A DNA stretch of 16,613 nt. Origin: Promethearchaeota archaeon (GTDB lineage: Archaea; Asgardarchaeota; Lokiarchaeia; Sigyniarchaeales; SOKP01). The translations under genes and the position numbers were made by a program. The stretch covers positions 1 through 16,613 of the forward strand of contig SDNY01000078.1 in the NCBI GenBank assembly GCA_004524535.1, given 5' to 3'. Positions 1-7,354 of this stretch are shown in pieces. Every line of letters begins with the position of its first letter. Positions within the stretch are counted from its first letter, which is position 1. Under the pieces are notes generated by a model. That model saw nothing but the letters and a program-made list of their open reading frames with translations, ran no database searches and was not told the DNA's origin.

Positions 1-143
1 ATTGCAACTAAAAGGGCACCATCATAAGTGGCTCTGGAATAAAACCATGGATCGATTTTAGCAATAAATTCATATATTAATTTTTCAAAGGCATCTTCAA
101 TGAAATTTCCTATTCCGCCAATAGCTTGGCTTATTAATATTAT
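1..143 (-). CDS. Partial unknown protein running off the left edge (IILISQAIGGIGNFIEDAFEKLIYEFIAKIDPWFYSRATYDGALLVA...), possibly a membrane protein with an ATA start
   Basis: Manual translation: open minus-strand frame from an upstream TAG to the window edge, with protein-like composition. GGAGATGAT (RBS-like, as before the ATG at 2441) directly precedes ATA at 143. No in-frame ATG/GTG/TTG. Co-oriented downstream of rps26e. Confidence 0.45.
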   Translation of the reverse strand, partial: MILISQAIGGIGNFIEDAFEKLIYEFIAKIDPWFYSRATYDGALLVA

Positions 144-283
144 ATCATCTCCTCTCGAGTAACTTTCTTCCTATTAGCGTGTTTGGTTAATGAAAGTGCT
201 GTTTTTGTTATTAAAAACTTCTTTCTTCAAAGAATCAAGAGATTATGATATAAATAAACTAAAAGAGAAATAAGTTTTTAATT

Positions 284-559
284 CTAATCAGTTCTTCTTT
301 CATCTTTTGCTCTTTGGGCATACATCCTCTTATGTATGCTACAACTAATACAATAGTATGCTTTTGTCGACCCTCCCATAATTATTGTCCCAGATTTTTT
401 TAATTCTCCAAACATTCGAGAGTCAACAAGATTTGTTCTTCGAGTCACTGCTTTTGCTTTACTACGGGCAACGAAACGCCCACAGTTCACACATTGCACT
501 TTTCCAAAATTCCCCTTACTGCTTCCAGTCTTCCCACCACTCTTACGTTTTTTGGGCAA
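284..559 (-). CDS. rps26e: 30S ribosomal protein eS26 (S26e)
   Basis: Basic N-terminus MPKKRKSGG, CxxCGR (CVNCGR), KAK, and YCISCSIH zinc-binding motif, characteristic of eS26 (TACK, Asgard, eukaryotes). Confidence 0.95.
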   Translation of the reverse strand: MPKKRKSGGKTGSSKGNFGKVQCVNCGRFVARSKAKAVTRRTNLVDSRMFGELKKSGTIIMGGSTKAYYCISCSIHKRMYAQRAKDERRTD

Positions 560-695
560 TATATCAACCTTTTTTATTCATATTTTCTCTGTTCTTAGTG
601 ATTAAATGATTGAAACCTTAAATAATTTATTTCTAGACAGTAAATTTGAAGAAGAATAAGTCTATCAAGTTATGAAAATATTGAATCACACTATT

Positions 696-1388
696 TTATT
701 CTACTTTAACTTCAGATTTCCTTAAGGCTTTATAGGTAAATACAATTCTCTGTCCTATTGTTAGAATGAGTAAACCCGTAAAAACTAATATAAAAAATAG
801 AAAGAAATACTCAGTAAGAAATAATAAAATAAGATTTTTAACGAAAATTAGTGATAAAAAGTAAATCCAATTTTCAAAACTTAGAATAAACATTATATAT
901 ACTAATCTTTCAGCTCTTTCCATGAGTCCTACACCTTTCATGTCAACATCTTCGTTTTCAGCTCTTGAACGGGTGTAAGATATCATTAAAATTAAGAATA
1001 AAATAAAAAATCCTAATAGAAAATGAATTAAATTACCATAAATCATTCCCAAAATAATCGCTGCATCAGAAAGCCTGTCTAAATTTGAATCAAGAAAAGC
1101 ACCAGCTTGCGTTTCTTCACCTCTTTTTCTCGCAACTTCTCCATCAAAAACATCAAATACTCCTGACCAAAAAATTAGAAATGGAGCAGGCCAAGCAAAC
1201 CAAATAGGAAAATAAGTTGCTCCAATTGCTATAAAAAAGGCAGCAGCTAATGAGCAAAAAAATCCTATATAGGACAATAAATTCGGACTAATATTATGGC
1301 GTACCAAGAAATCCACTGGACTATCTATAAATTTCTCTAAAGTCTCCCTTTGACGCTCTCGTTTATTTTTTGCTTCTAAACTATTCAA
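696..1388 (-). CDS. pgsA: CDP-alcohol phosphatidyltransferase (archaetidylinositol-phosphate synthase / PgsA-like)
   Basis: Signature DxxDGxxAR...GxxxDxxxD (DVFDGEVARKRGEETQAGAFLDSNLDRLSD), SPN motif, SYTRSRAE and GLMERAER; multiple TM helices; TTG start. Confidence 0.9.
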   Translation of the reverse strand: MNSLEAKNKRERQRETLEKFIDSPVDFLVRHNISPNLLSYIGFFCSLAAAFFIAIGATYFPIWFAWPAPFLIFWSGVFDVFDGEVARKRGEETQAGAFLDSNLDRLSDAAIILGMIYGNLIHFLLGFFILFLILMISYTRSRAENEDVDMKGVGLMERAERLVYIMFILSFENWIYFLSLIFVKNLILLFLTEYFFLFFILVFTGLLILTIGQRIVFTYKALRKSEVKVE

Positions 1389-1460
1389 AACCTTTCTAAT
1401 TTCCTAAATTCTATAAAATAATTTATTATAATTTAAAAGTTAATTAAAATAAAAAATTTA

Positions 1461-2063
1461 TTATAGATTTGCTATTAAGTATAATTTAATTAATCGAATT
1501 ACTGACGAAGCTAAATATGATGATTGAGTCCCTAAGCTAACATTTGTAAAATTCAACGCTAATAAATCTTTTGAATTAATAACATCGCCGCTCTGGCTTC
1601 CAATAACAAAAATTACTTCTTTATTCGAACGTAATTCTTTAAAATGTGTGAATATATCTTCGCCCCTTTCATTTAAAACAAAAATAGTGTAATTTAGGTC
1701 CTTAAATTGTTTTAATGCTTCAAATATGCCTATTTTTGAGATTTGTACCGCTCTCAATGGATTATCCTTCAGTTTAATAATTGAATCTCTATTTCTGATT
1801 AAATTAACAAAATAATTAGAAAATAATAATTCATTTTTAGGAAAATTATCGTATTCGAATCGTTCTGAATCAAATATAAATGTACCATAGTTTTCTAAAA
1901 AAACCCAAATATGAACATTTTTTTCAAAATTATTTTTATTTGTTATCGCTGCTAACACACATCTAGAAATTAAATCTAATCTACCTGAAGAACCTGGAAG
2001 ATCTTTAATATTGTATTTACTAATGTCCACACTAGTGGATTTAATGAAAAAAATTATACTCAA
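1461..2063 (-). CDS. trmY: tRNA (pseudouridine54-N1)-methyltransferase TrmY-like, SPOUT family
   Basis: DLPGSSGRLDLISRCV motif; C-terminal SPOUT knot elements LNERGEDI, FVIGSQSG, VSLG..SYLASSVI; TTG start. Confidence 0.85.
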   Translation of the reverse strand: MSIIFFIKSTSVDISKYNIKDLPGSSGRLDLISRCVLAAITNKNNFEKNVHIWVFLENYGTFIFDSERFEYDNFPKNELLFSNYFVNLIRNRDSIIKLKDNPLRAVQISKIGIFEALKQFKDLNYTIFVLNERGEDIFTHFKELRSNKEVIFVIGSQSGDVINSKDLLALNFTNVSLGTQSSYLASSVIRLIKLYLIANL

Positions 2064-2440
2064 TTAAAATTAAACGACTCAATTGTTTAATGGTATTAAC
2101 TAATTTAAAAACATCTTCAATTTTAAGATTATTATTTTTTTACTTAAAATTAACGTGTCGAATTATTAAAAAAATGAGAATTACCTTAGACATAATTAAA
2201 TTCGATCTAATAATAAATTATTGTTATTATCGTGTACTTTATTTTCATATATCGTATTAGATGTTTAAAAAAAAGATGGGATTTAATTTAATAAAAATAT
2301 ATAAAATTAGTAAAATAATATATTTTAATACAAAAAAAAAATAAAAAAAACACTTCATTTGAAAAAAAGCTTCAACTAAGATATATTTTATAATACTTTC
2401 GCAAGATAACTATTATTTTTTATTAAATTGGAGATGAAAT

Positions 2441-2977
2441 ATGCCGATAGAGAATTATGTAAGGAAGAATTATTTTAAAATCGTAATTGGGGGCGACGGA
2501 GCGGTGGGAAAAACAACGCTCAGTAAGAGATTGACAGGAACCATAAAAGCAGACGAAAATATAGAAATGACGCCAGGAGTTGACTTTCATAGCTTGAAAA
2601 TTAGAGGGGAAACCGTGAACTTACAACTATGGGACCTTGGCGGGCAAGAACAATTCAGATATTTTCAACCGGACTTTTTCGGAGGCGCAGCAATCATAAT
2701 ATTAATCTTCAGTGTGGATGCCTACAAAACCTTTAAAGGCCTCTCTGCTTGGTTAGCATTTGTTCCCAAAGAAATGTACAAAAACATATATCTTATAGGA
2801 AATAAAATAGATACTCCTGAACGATCTGTAAAAATCGAAGAGGCTTTAGAATTTGCAGAGAGTCACGAATTCCGAGGATATTATGAAACTTCTGCGTTAA
2901 ATGCAGTAGGTCTCGACGAGTTCGAATTAGACTTAGTTAAAACCATCCAAGAAATTTATATTGCTCGAAAAAAATAG
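2441..2977 (+). CDS. Rab/Ras-like small GTPase
   Basis: G1 GDGAVGKT, G2 MTPGVDF, G3 WDLGGQ, G4 NKID, G5 ETSAL; no C-terminal prenylation Cys; GGAGATGA RBS-like motif upstream. Confidence 0.92.
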   Translation: MPIENYVRKNYFKIVIGGDGAVGKTTLSKRLTGTIKADENIEMTPGVDFHSLKIRGETVNLQLWDLGGQEQFRYFQPDFFGGAAIIILIFSVDAYKTFKGLSAWLAFVPKEMYKNIYLIGNKIDTPERSVKIEEALEFAESHEFRGYYETSALNAVGLDEFELDLVKTIQEIYIARKK

Positions 2978-3084
2978 ATTTCTCTGGGAGTTTTAAATTT
3001 TCTAACTTAATTTAGGGATTTAAATTAATAAATTAAAAAAAAGATATGGAAATCTCCGCTTAGCAGCTCTTTATATTTAAATAT

Positions 3085-4761
3085 TTGAATGTCATTGATC
3101 TTATTAGAGATTTAGAAATTAAGAAAATTTTTTTATATCAAATAATAATGAAAATCCCTAAACAAGAACAAGAAGCACCTGACAAAAATTTTACAGGACA
3201 TGTTAGAAATTTTATATTAGATATGGTAAAATTGAAACAAAAGAAGTTACACTATGTTAAAACAAGTAGAACTACTGAAGAATTAGAGAAAAATCTTTCT
3301 GACAGAGTACATTTATCAGATTTAGAATTAACAGAGGATTTAAAGAATAATGAAAAGAATATGTTAAGAGATTTAATTAATGAAGGAAACTTTATTCCCA
3401 TTTGTATTTTTAATGAAGAGGGACACATAACTTCTCTCTCAATGGGAATATATGGCAAGATCCATGAGCATATTCATTTTCCATATTTACGTAATTTATC
3501 TATATCTTATAAGGTGTCTGAACACATAAATTTTGTGTGTAAACATAAATCATCATTAAAAGTTCTAAAATTAATCAAAGAAGATTTAGAAGAAATCCCT
3601 AAATTATCTGATTTTATTCATCTTGAAGAGTTGGATCTTTCTAGAAATAAAATAGAGAATGTGAATTGGTTTGGAGATTTGCCTCATTTATGGTATTTAA
3701 ACGTTAGTAAAAATCAAATCACCTCACTTAAGGGTTTTAACGAACTCATCGGATGCCTAAACATAGAAGAGATTGATTTGTCAGGAAATTATATTTCTGA
3801 GCTCTATGGATTCGAGCCACTCAGACATTTTCCCAATTTAAAAACGATTAATTTAAAATGTAATAAAATCAAGAATTTAAATATCATTCACGACATTCCA
3901 AAGCTTAAGAGATTAGAACTAGCGAATAATCAGATTGAACAAATCACCGCTATTAAGAATCTTTCTAATGTTAAGATTATAGATTTATCAAATTGGTCAA
4001 AATCTTCTACAGACTGCCATAATCAAAATGAAATTACTAAAATTGAGAATCTTTATAATCTCCCAAATTTAAGTGAAATACAAGTTAAAGGAAATCCCAT
4101 AATATATTTCTCAGGAATTGAAAATTTACCTAATCTTGAGACAATTTGCTGTATCCAAAAAGAATTTTTACCAAAAAATTTTATTCAAGACTGGAAATTA
4201 TATTTTAAAAACCTAGGATTTAAGTTTTATTGGCCTCAAGATGGCTCTAATTCTCTTTTAATTATGAAACCCGAAATCACTCCTTTAAAATTTAAAATAA
4301 ATGAATTTCTCTCTTTGAAGCTTGATTCAGACACTGGTGAAACGATTATTCGTGTAGATGGTAAAAATTTTATGATTTGTAAATCATTGCTTTTACAGAT
4401 TCCAACTGATAACATTTACACATTCAATGAGATTCAATCTATTGATGAGCTAGAAGATATCATAGAATTTTATGACCAAGATTATGAGATCTCTCCCGAA
4501 ACGGAGTTTAGGGGACATTGCTCTAACCTTCAAGCTTGGTATGAAAATGACTATGATACCCGAATTCTTGTTAAACATATTGCTTTCCCATTATTGAAAA
4601 AATTAACTGAGGCCGGAGACTCTCTTGCTAAAAAAGTTTTTAAGGAAGAAATTGCCTCTCGATATGCATCAGGGTTCCCTACAGTTGTTGAATATCTTAA
4701 AAATGAAGGGTATTTGAATTACCTAACTGAAAATGAACTTAAATCATTGAATATTGAGTAA
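3085..4761 (+). CDS. Leucine-rich repeat protein with a C-terminal Lokiarchaeia-type conserved domain; true start may be ATG 3148
   Basis: SDS22-like LRRs (LEELDLSRNKIENV, LWYLNVSKNQITSL, IEEIDLSGNYISEL, LKRLELANNQIEQI). C-terminal FKINEFLSLKL...EFRGHCSNLQAWYENDYDTRIL...AFPLLKKLTEAGD..AKKVFKEEIA block, recalled from Lokiarchaeal paralog families. Confidence 0.85.
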   Translation: MNVIDLIRDLEIKKIFLYQIIMKIPKQEQEAPDKNFTGHVRNFILDMVKLKQKKLHYVKTSRTTEELEKNLSDRVHLSDLELTEDLKNNEKNMLRDLINEGNFIPICIFNEEGHITSLSMGIYGKIHEHIHFPYLRNLSISYKVSEHINFVCKHKSSLKVLKLIKEDLEEIPKLSDFIHLEELDLSRNKIENVNWFGDLPHLWYLNVSKNQITSLKGFNELIGCLNIEEIDLSGNYISELYGFEPLRHFPNLKTINLKCNKIKNLNIIHDIPKLKRLELANNQIEQITAIKNLSNVKIIDLSNWSKSSTDCHNQNEITKIENLYNLPNLSEIQVKGNPIIYFSGIENLPNLETICCIQKEFLPKNFIQDWKLYFKNLGFKFYWPQDGSNSLLIMKPEITPLKFKINEFLSLKLDSDTGETIIRVDGKNFMICKSLLLQIPTDNIYTFNEIQSIDELEDIIEFYDQDYEISPETEFRGHCSNLQAWYENDYDTRILVKHIAFPLLKKLTEAGDSLAKKVFKEEIASRYASGFPTVVEYLKNEGYLNYLTENELKSLNIE

Positions 4762-4888
4762 ATAAAACTAAGTATTTTGATAGACTTCCGTTTTTTCATA
4801 TCGTTTCTTTTTCCAAGTATTATATTCTAATGATTGCCGAATACGAAGAATCCTTAAATAATTGAATAGATAACAGATTTAGAAATAG

Positions 4889-5089
4889 ATTAAATTAATT
4901 TCATATCCAGATGGCAGAATTGTTTTTGTTTGCCCCCATCACAGAAAAGACTACGAACACGACAGAGATAATGATGAATGCATAATCGAAACTATAATTT
5001 TTGAGCAACGCTGGATAATCCTATGCGAACAACAACAACAATCCTTAAAACTGATTGATTTAACCAATACATTGATAAGAATAATTTAA
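4889..5089 (+). pseudogene. Start-less ORF fragment (IKLISYPDGRIVFVCPHHRKDYEHDRDNDEC...), probable decayed small gene
   Basis: Manual translation: open frame after TAG 4886-4888 with a protein-like CPHH segment; several stops upstream and no canonical start near its 5' end. Confidence 0.25.
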
Positions 5090-5289
5090 GTGACAAGATC
5101 ATAAGAGTTACAGAAAAAAACAGCAAAGACCACCTTATTCATATGGAAATAGTAATTGATATGTTTAAAAATTTAAACCTTCCTCAGCAGAAAGCAATTA
5201 AACAAGAATTTATATCAATGGAATTTAAAGCCGAGAAATTTTTAATTTATTTCACAAATAGGAACGATCAAATGCCCCGAATGTTTTAA
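5023..5289 (+). pseudogene. Disrupted small protein gene, possibly of viral/mobile-element origin (MRTTTTILKTD*FNQYIDKNNLSDKIIRVTEKNSKDHLIHMEIVIDMFKNLNLPQQKAIKQEFISMEFK...)
   Basis: 88-codon frame from ATG 5023 with a single internal TGA (5056-5058) at a position where Trp fits; amphipathic, protein-like sequence. Confidence 0.5.
5028..5041. repeat. (AAC)4 microsatellite
   Basis: AACAACAACAACAA read directly from the sequence. Confidence 0.7.
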
Positions 5290-5362
5290 CCTATTAGAAC
5301 CAGACGCGGATGATTGTTCTTGTTGTTGGAAAAACCCTTTAAGACAATTCGGATTAATATAG
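5246..5362 (+). pseudogene. C-terminal fragment of a small zinc-ribbon protein (FISQIGTIKCPECFNLLEPDADDCSCCWKNPLRQFGLI*)
   Basis: CPEC-x4-EPD-x3-CxC-x-WKNPL-x3-GLI pattern; no canonical start after the upstream TAA (5243-5245); T-run after the stop. Confidence 0.55.
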
Positions 5363-5371
5363 TCTTGTTTA

Positions 5372-5387
5372 TTTTTTTTAATTTTTT
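5372..5387 (+). terminator. Oligo-T terminator candidate after the zinc-ribbon fragment
   Basis: T8 plus T6 runs about 10 nt downstream of TAG 5362; archaeal intrinsic terminators are oligo-T tracts. Confidence 0.4.
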
Positions 5388-5438
5388 AGAATTCTATTTA
5401 AAAGGATTTTAGGATTACCTAATAACTCCGAAAAGGAT

Positions 5439-5455
5439 AAAAAAAAAAGAAGAAT
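5439..5455 (-). terminator. Oligo-T terminator of the precursor peptide gene
   Basis: Minus strand reads TTCTTC-T10 about 20-35 nt downstream of the peptide stop codon (plus-strand A10 at 5439-5448). Confidence 0.55.
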
Positions 5456-5472
5456 TAAGAATTTGTTCCCAT

Positions 5473-5535
5473 TTAACAGGAATCGCCACATTTGCATGCA
5501 GCGCTAGCTCTTTTTACTTTCTTTACTATTTTCAT
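5473..5535 (-). CDS. Putative RiPP precursor peptide, 20 aa, MKIVKKVKRASAACKCGDSC (not in the ORF track)
   Basis: ATG 5535 to TAA 5473 translated manually. Basic/hydrophobic leader plus a Cys-rich core ending in Cys; locally GC-richer than its flanks; own TATA-like box and T-tract; divergent from a radical SAM/SPASM gene 204 bp away. Confidence 0.8.
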   Translation of the reverse strand: MKIVKKVKRASAACKCGDSC

Positions 5536-5587
5536 TATTATCAAATCTATATGTAATTTTTGATCAAAGAAATATTAATTTTTTACT

Positions 5588-5595
5588 TATTTAAA
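5588..5595 (-). promoter_or_regulatory. TATA-box candidate (TTTAAATA) for the precursor peptide gene
   Basis: Matches the archaeal TTTAWATA consensus, about 52 nt upstream of ATG 5535 and preceded by purines (AGAGAA, BRE-like). The AT-rich background limits certainty. Confidence 0.4.
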
Positions 5596-5739
5596 TTCTC
5601 TGGTTATTAGGTATTATAAATATGATAATTTTAGAGTCCAGTATGAAAATTCAAGGATTAATTTTTGATGAATCTTTTCTCTTCGTGATTTTTATTTCAT
5701 TACATTAAACTTTTTATTTTCTTACTTCAATAATTACCT

Positions 5740-7080
5740 ATGAACCATGAATTTTTTCCATTTATTCCTAAAAATATTGTGTTAAGAAGATATGATGCAA
5801 TTGATCTCCTTAACTTAGACACTAATGAAGATTTTACAATTGATGAGGAAGCCTATGAATTATTAAAAAAGGTAAATGGAAAAATTCGTATCGTAGATAT
5901 AGTAAAAAAATATAATGACACTGAGGGTAAGAAAGTCCTTGAAGCTCTCGAATTTTTTGAAGAAGAAGGTATTATAAAATTAAGCGATACTGAGATAATT
6001 GATAAAACCGTAAATTCACTTAATCATTTGCATCTTCCAGAGAAGAATCCTTTTGATCCTCCCTATCTGAAATTCCTTATGATCAATATCACAGAAAAGT
6101 GTAATTTAAATTGCAAACACTGTTATATTACAGATAAAAACCAAGTAGATTTTTCTTTTGATAAATTAAAGGAATTAATTGAGGAATTCTATAATTTACA
6201 GGGAGAAAAGATTGTTTTAACAGGTGGAGAACCTTTCCTTTATGAAAAACTTGAAGAATTATTAGAATTTCTAATAGATATTCCATTAAAAAAAGTATTG
6301 TTAACAAATGGAGTATTAATTGAAAAGAAAAAACACTTGTTAGATTTAATAAAGGAGAATAATTTTGAAGTATTTGTAAGTATTGATGGTTTAGAAGATA
6401 CTCATAATGATTTTCGTAATGCGAATTGCTTCAACAATTCTATTCATGGAATACAATTGATGCTCAAAAAGAATATAACCGTTTCGATAAATACTATGGT
6501 TCATAAACAGAATTTAAAAGAATTTGATGAATTATCTGCTTTTCTAAAATCGTTTAGCAGCATTAAGACTTGGAACGTCGAGGTACCTACATTCGATGAC
6601 TCAACTCCTCAAAATATATTAGAAAAATATGATATTTCCCCAGAAGAAGGAGGTATAATCATGAGAGATTATTGGTGGGGAGAATCTTATGATTCTAGTG
6701 GAGCTTCTTTTGGGACTCTATCTGAAGATGAATCCACTGAGGATCTATTAACAGAAGATCAAGGGAAACCTATGGGCTATGCTTGTGGACCATTTTTAAT
6801 GGCTATTGATGTTTTAGGTCAAGTATCTAAGTGCGGTTTTTTTACAGAAAAAAGTCCTGGTAATGTATTTGATTTAGGAATCAAAAAAAGTTGGGAAGGA
6901 ATTCAAAAAAATTCTGTTTGGAATATTCAAGATCTGAAATGCAGTGAAATTAATTGCGATGTTATTGAAGAGTGTCGTGGAGGTTGTAGATATCGTGCCT
7001 TAAAACACACTAAAGATCTTTATGGAGTAGATGCCTTTAAATGTATTGCATATAATAAAAATCATACCAAACTAATTTAA
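5740..7080 (+). CDS. Radical SAM/SPASM-domain protein with an N-terminal PqqD/RRE-like domain; putative peptide maturase
   Basis: CxxxCxxC (CNLNCKHC, 6100-6123), LTGGEP, LLTNG, VSIDG; seven-Cys SPASM C-x15-C...C-x4-C-x5-C-x3-C-x18-C with CRGGC; ~85-aa N-terminal extension with three short beta-like segments followed by helices, RRE-like. Confidence 0.9.
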   Translation: MNHEFFPFIPKNIVLRRYDAIDLLNLDTNEDFTIDEEAYELLKKVNGKIRIVDIVKKYNDTEGKKVLEALEFFEEEGIIKLSDTEIIDKTVNSLNHLHLPEKNPFDPPYLKFLMINITEKCNLNCKHCYITDKNQVDFSFDKLKELIEEFYNLQGEKIVLTGGEPFLYEKLEELLEFLIDIPLKKVLLTNGVLIEKKKHLLDLIKENNFEVFVSIDGLEDTHNDFRNANCFNNSIHGIQLMLKKNITVSINTMVHKQNLKEFDELSAFLKSFSSIKTWNVEVPTFDDSTPQNILEKYDISPEEGGIIMRDYWWGESYDSSGASFGTLSEDESTEDLLTEDQGKPMGYACGPFLMAIDVLGQVSKCGFFTEKSPGNVFDLGIKKSWEGIQKNSVWNIQDLKCSEINCDVIEECRGGCRYRALKHTKDLYGVDAFKCIAYNKNHTKLI

Positions 7081-7106
7081 TATAATTATAATTTAAGGTT
7101 AAAATA

Positions 7107-7352
7107 ATGGCTAAAAAACACACAATTTTAAGAACTGAAGAAGATATAAGCCCTTTAAATAGGCAGCTAATAAACGCCGTTTGCCATAAATGTAATTTCT
7201 ATGCTGAAGACCAGGAATATTGGGAAAGAGAATATGAATGCGCCGCCTATAAATTCATTCGACAAATGGTAAAAGAGAAAAAAATAACCATAGATCAGAT
7301 CGAAGAGATTTTTAAGGGAGTAGACTTAAATCCAGAGAGAGATTTAAAATAA
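7107..7352 (+). CDS. Small Cys-containing protein co-transcribed with the radical SAM gene (CxxCxFY...ECxAY)
   Basis: 26 bp downstream of the rSAM stop on the same strand; AAGGT RBS-like motif; CHKCNFY...YECAAYK, a potential metal or Fe-S ligand set. Confidence 0.8.
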   Translation: MAKKHTILRTEEDISPLNRQLINAVCHKCNFYAEDQEYWEREYECAAYKFIRQMVKEKKITIDQIEEIFKGVDLNPERDLK

Positions 7353-7354
7353 AA

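Noticed and set aside
385-609. 74-aa plus-strand ORF
   Set aside because: Antisense shadow of rps26e with no recognisable motif.
2174-2260. 28-aa ORF MRITLDIIKFDLIINYCYYRVLYFHISY in the trmY-GTPase intergenic region
   Set aside because: No RBS, motif or contextual support; expected by chance in AT-rich DNA.
3252-3458. 68-aa minus-strand ORF
   Set aside because: Antisense to the LRR gene; composition typical of a shadow frame.
5056-5058. In-frame TGA read as selenocysteine (Lokiarchaeia are reported to encode Sec machinery)
   Set aside because: Context D*FNQY suits Trp (TGG to TGA), there is no redox motif, I could not identify a SECIS-like hairpin, and neighbouring fragments are also decayed.
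5740-7080. rSAM as a heme-biosynthesis AhbC/AhbD/NirJ, PqqE or MftC enzyme
   Set aside because: No heme, pqq or mft genes are nearby. An RRE-like N-terminus and an adjacent Cys-rich micro-ORF favour a peptide thioether maturase, though this is not formally excluded without a phylogeny.
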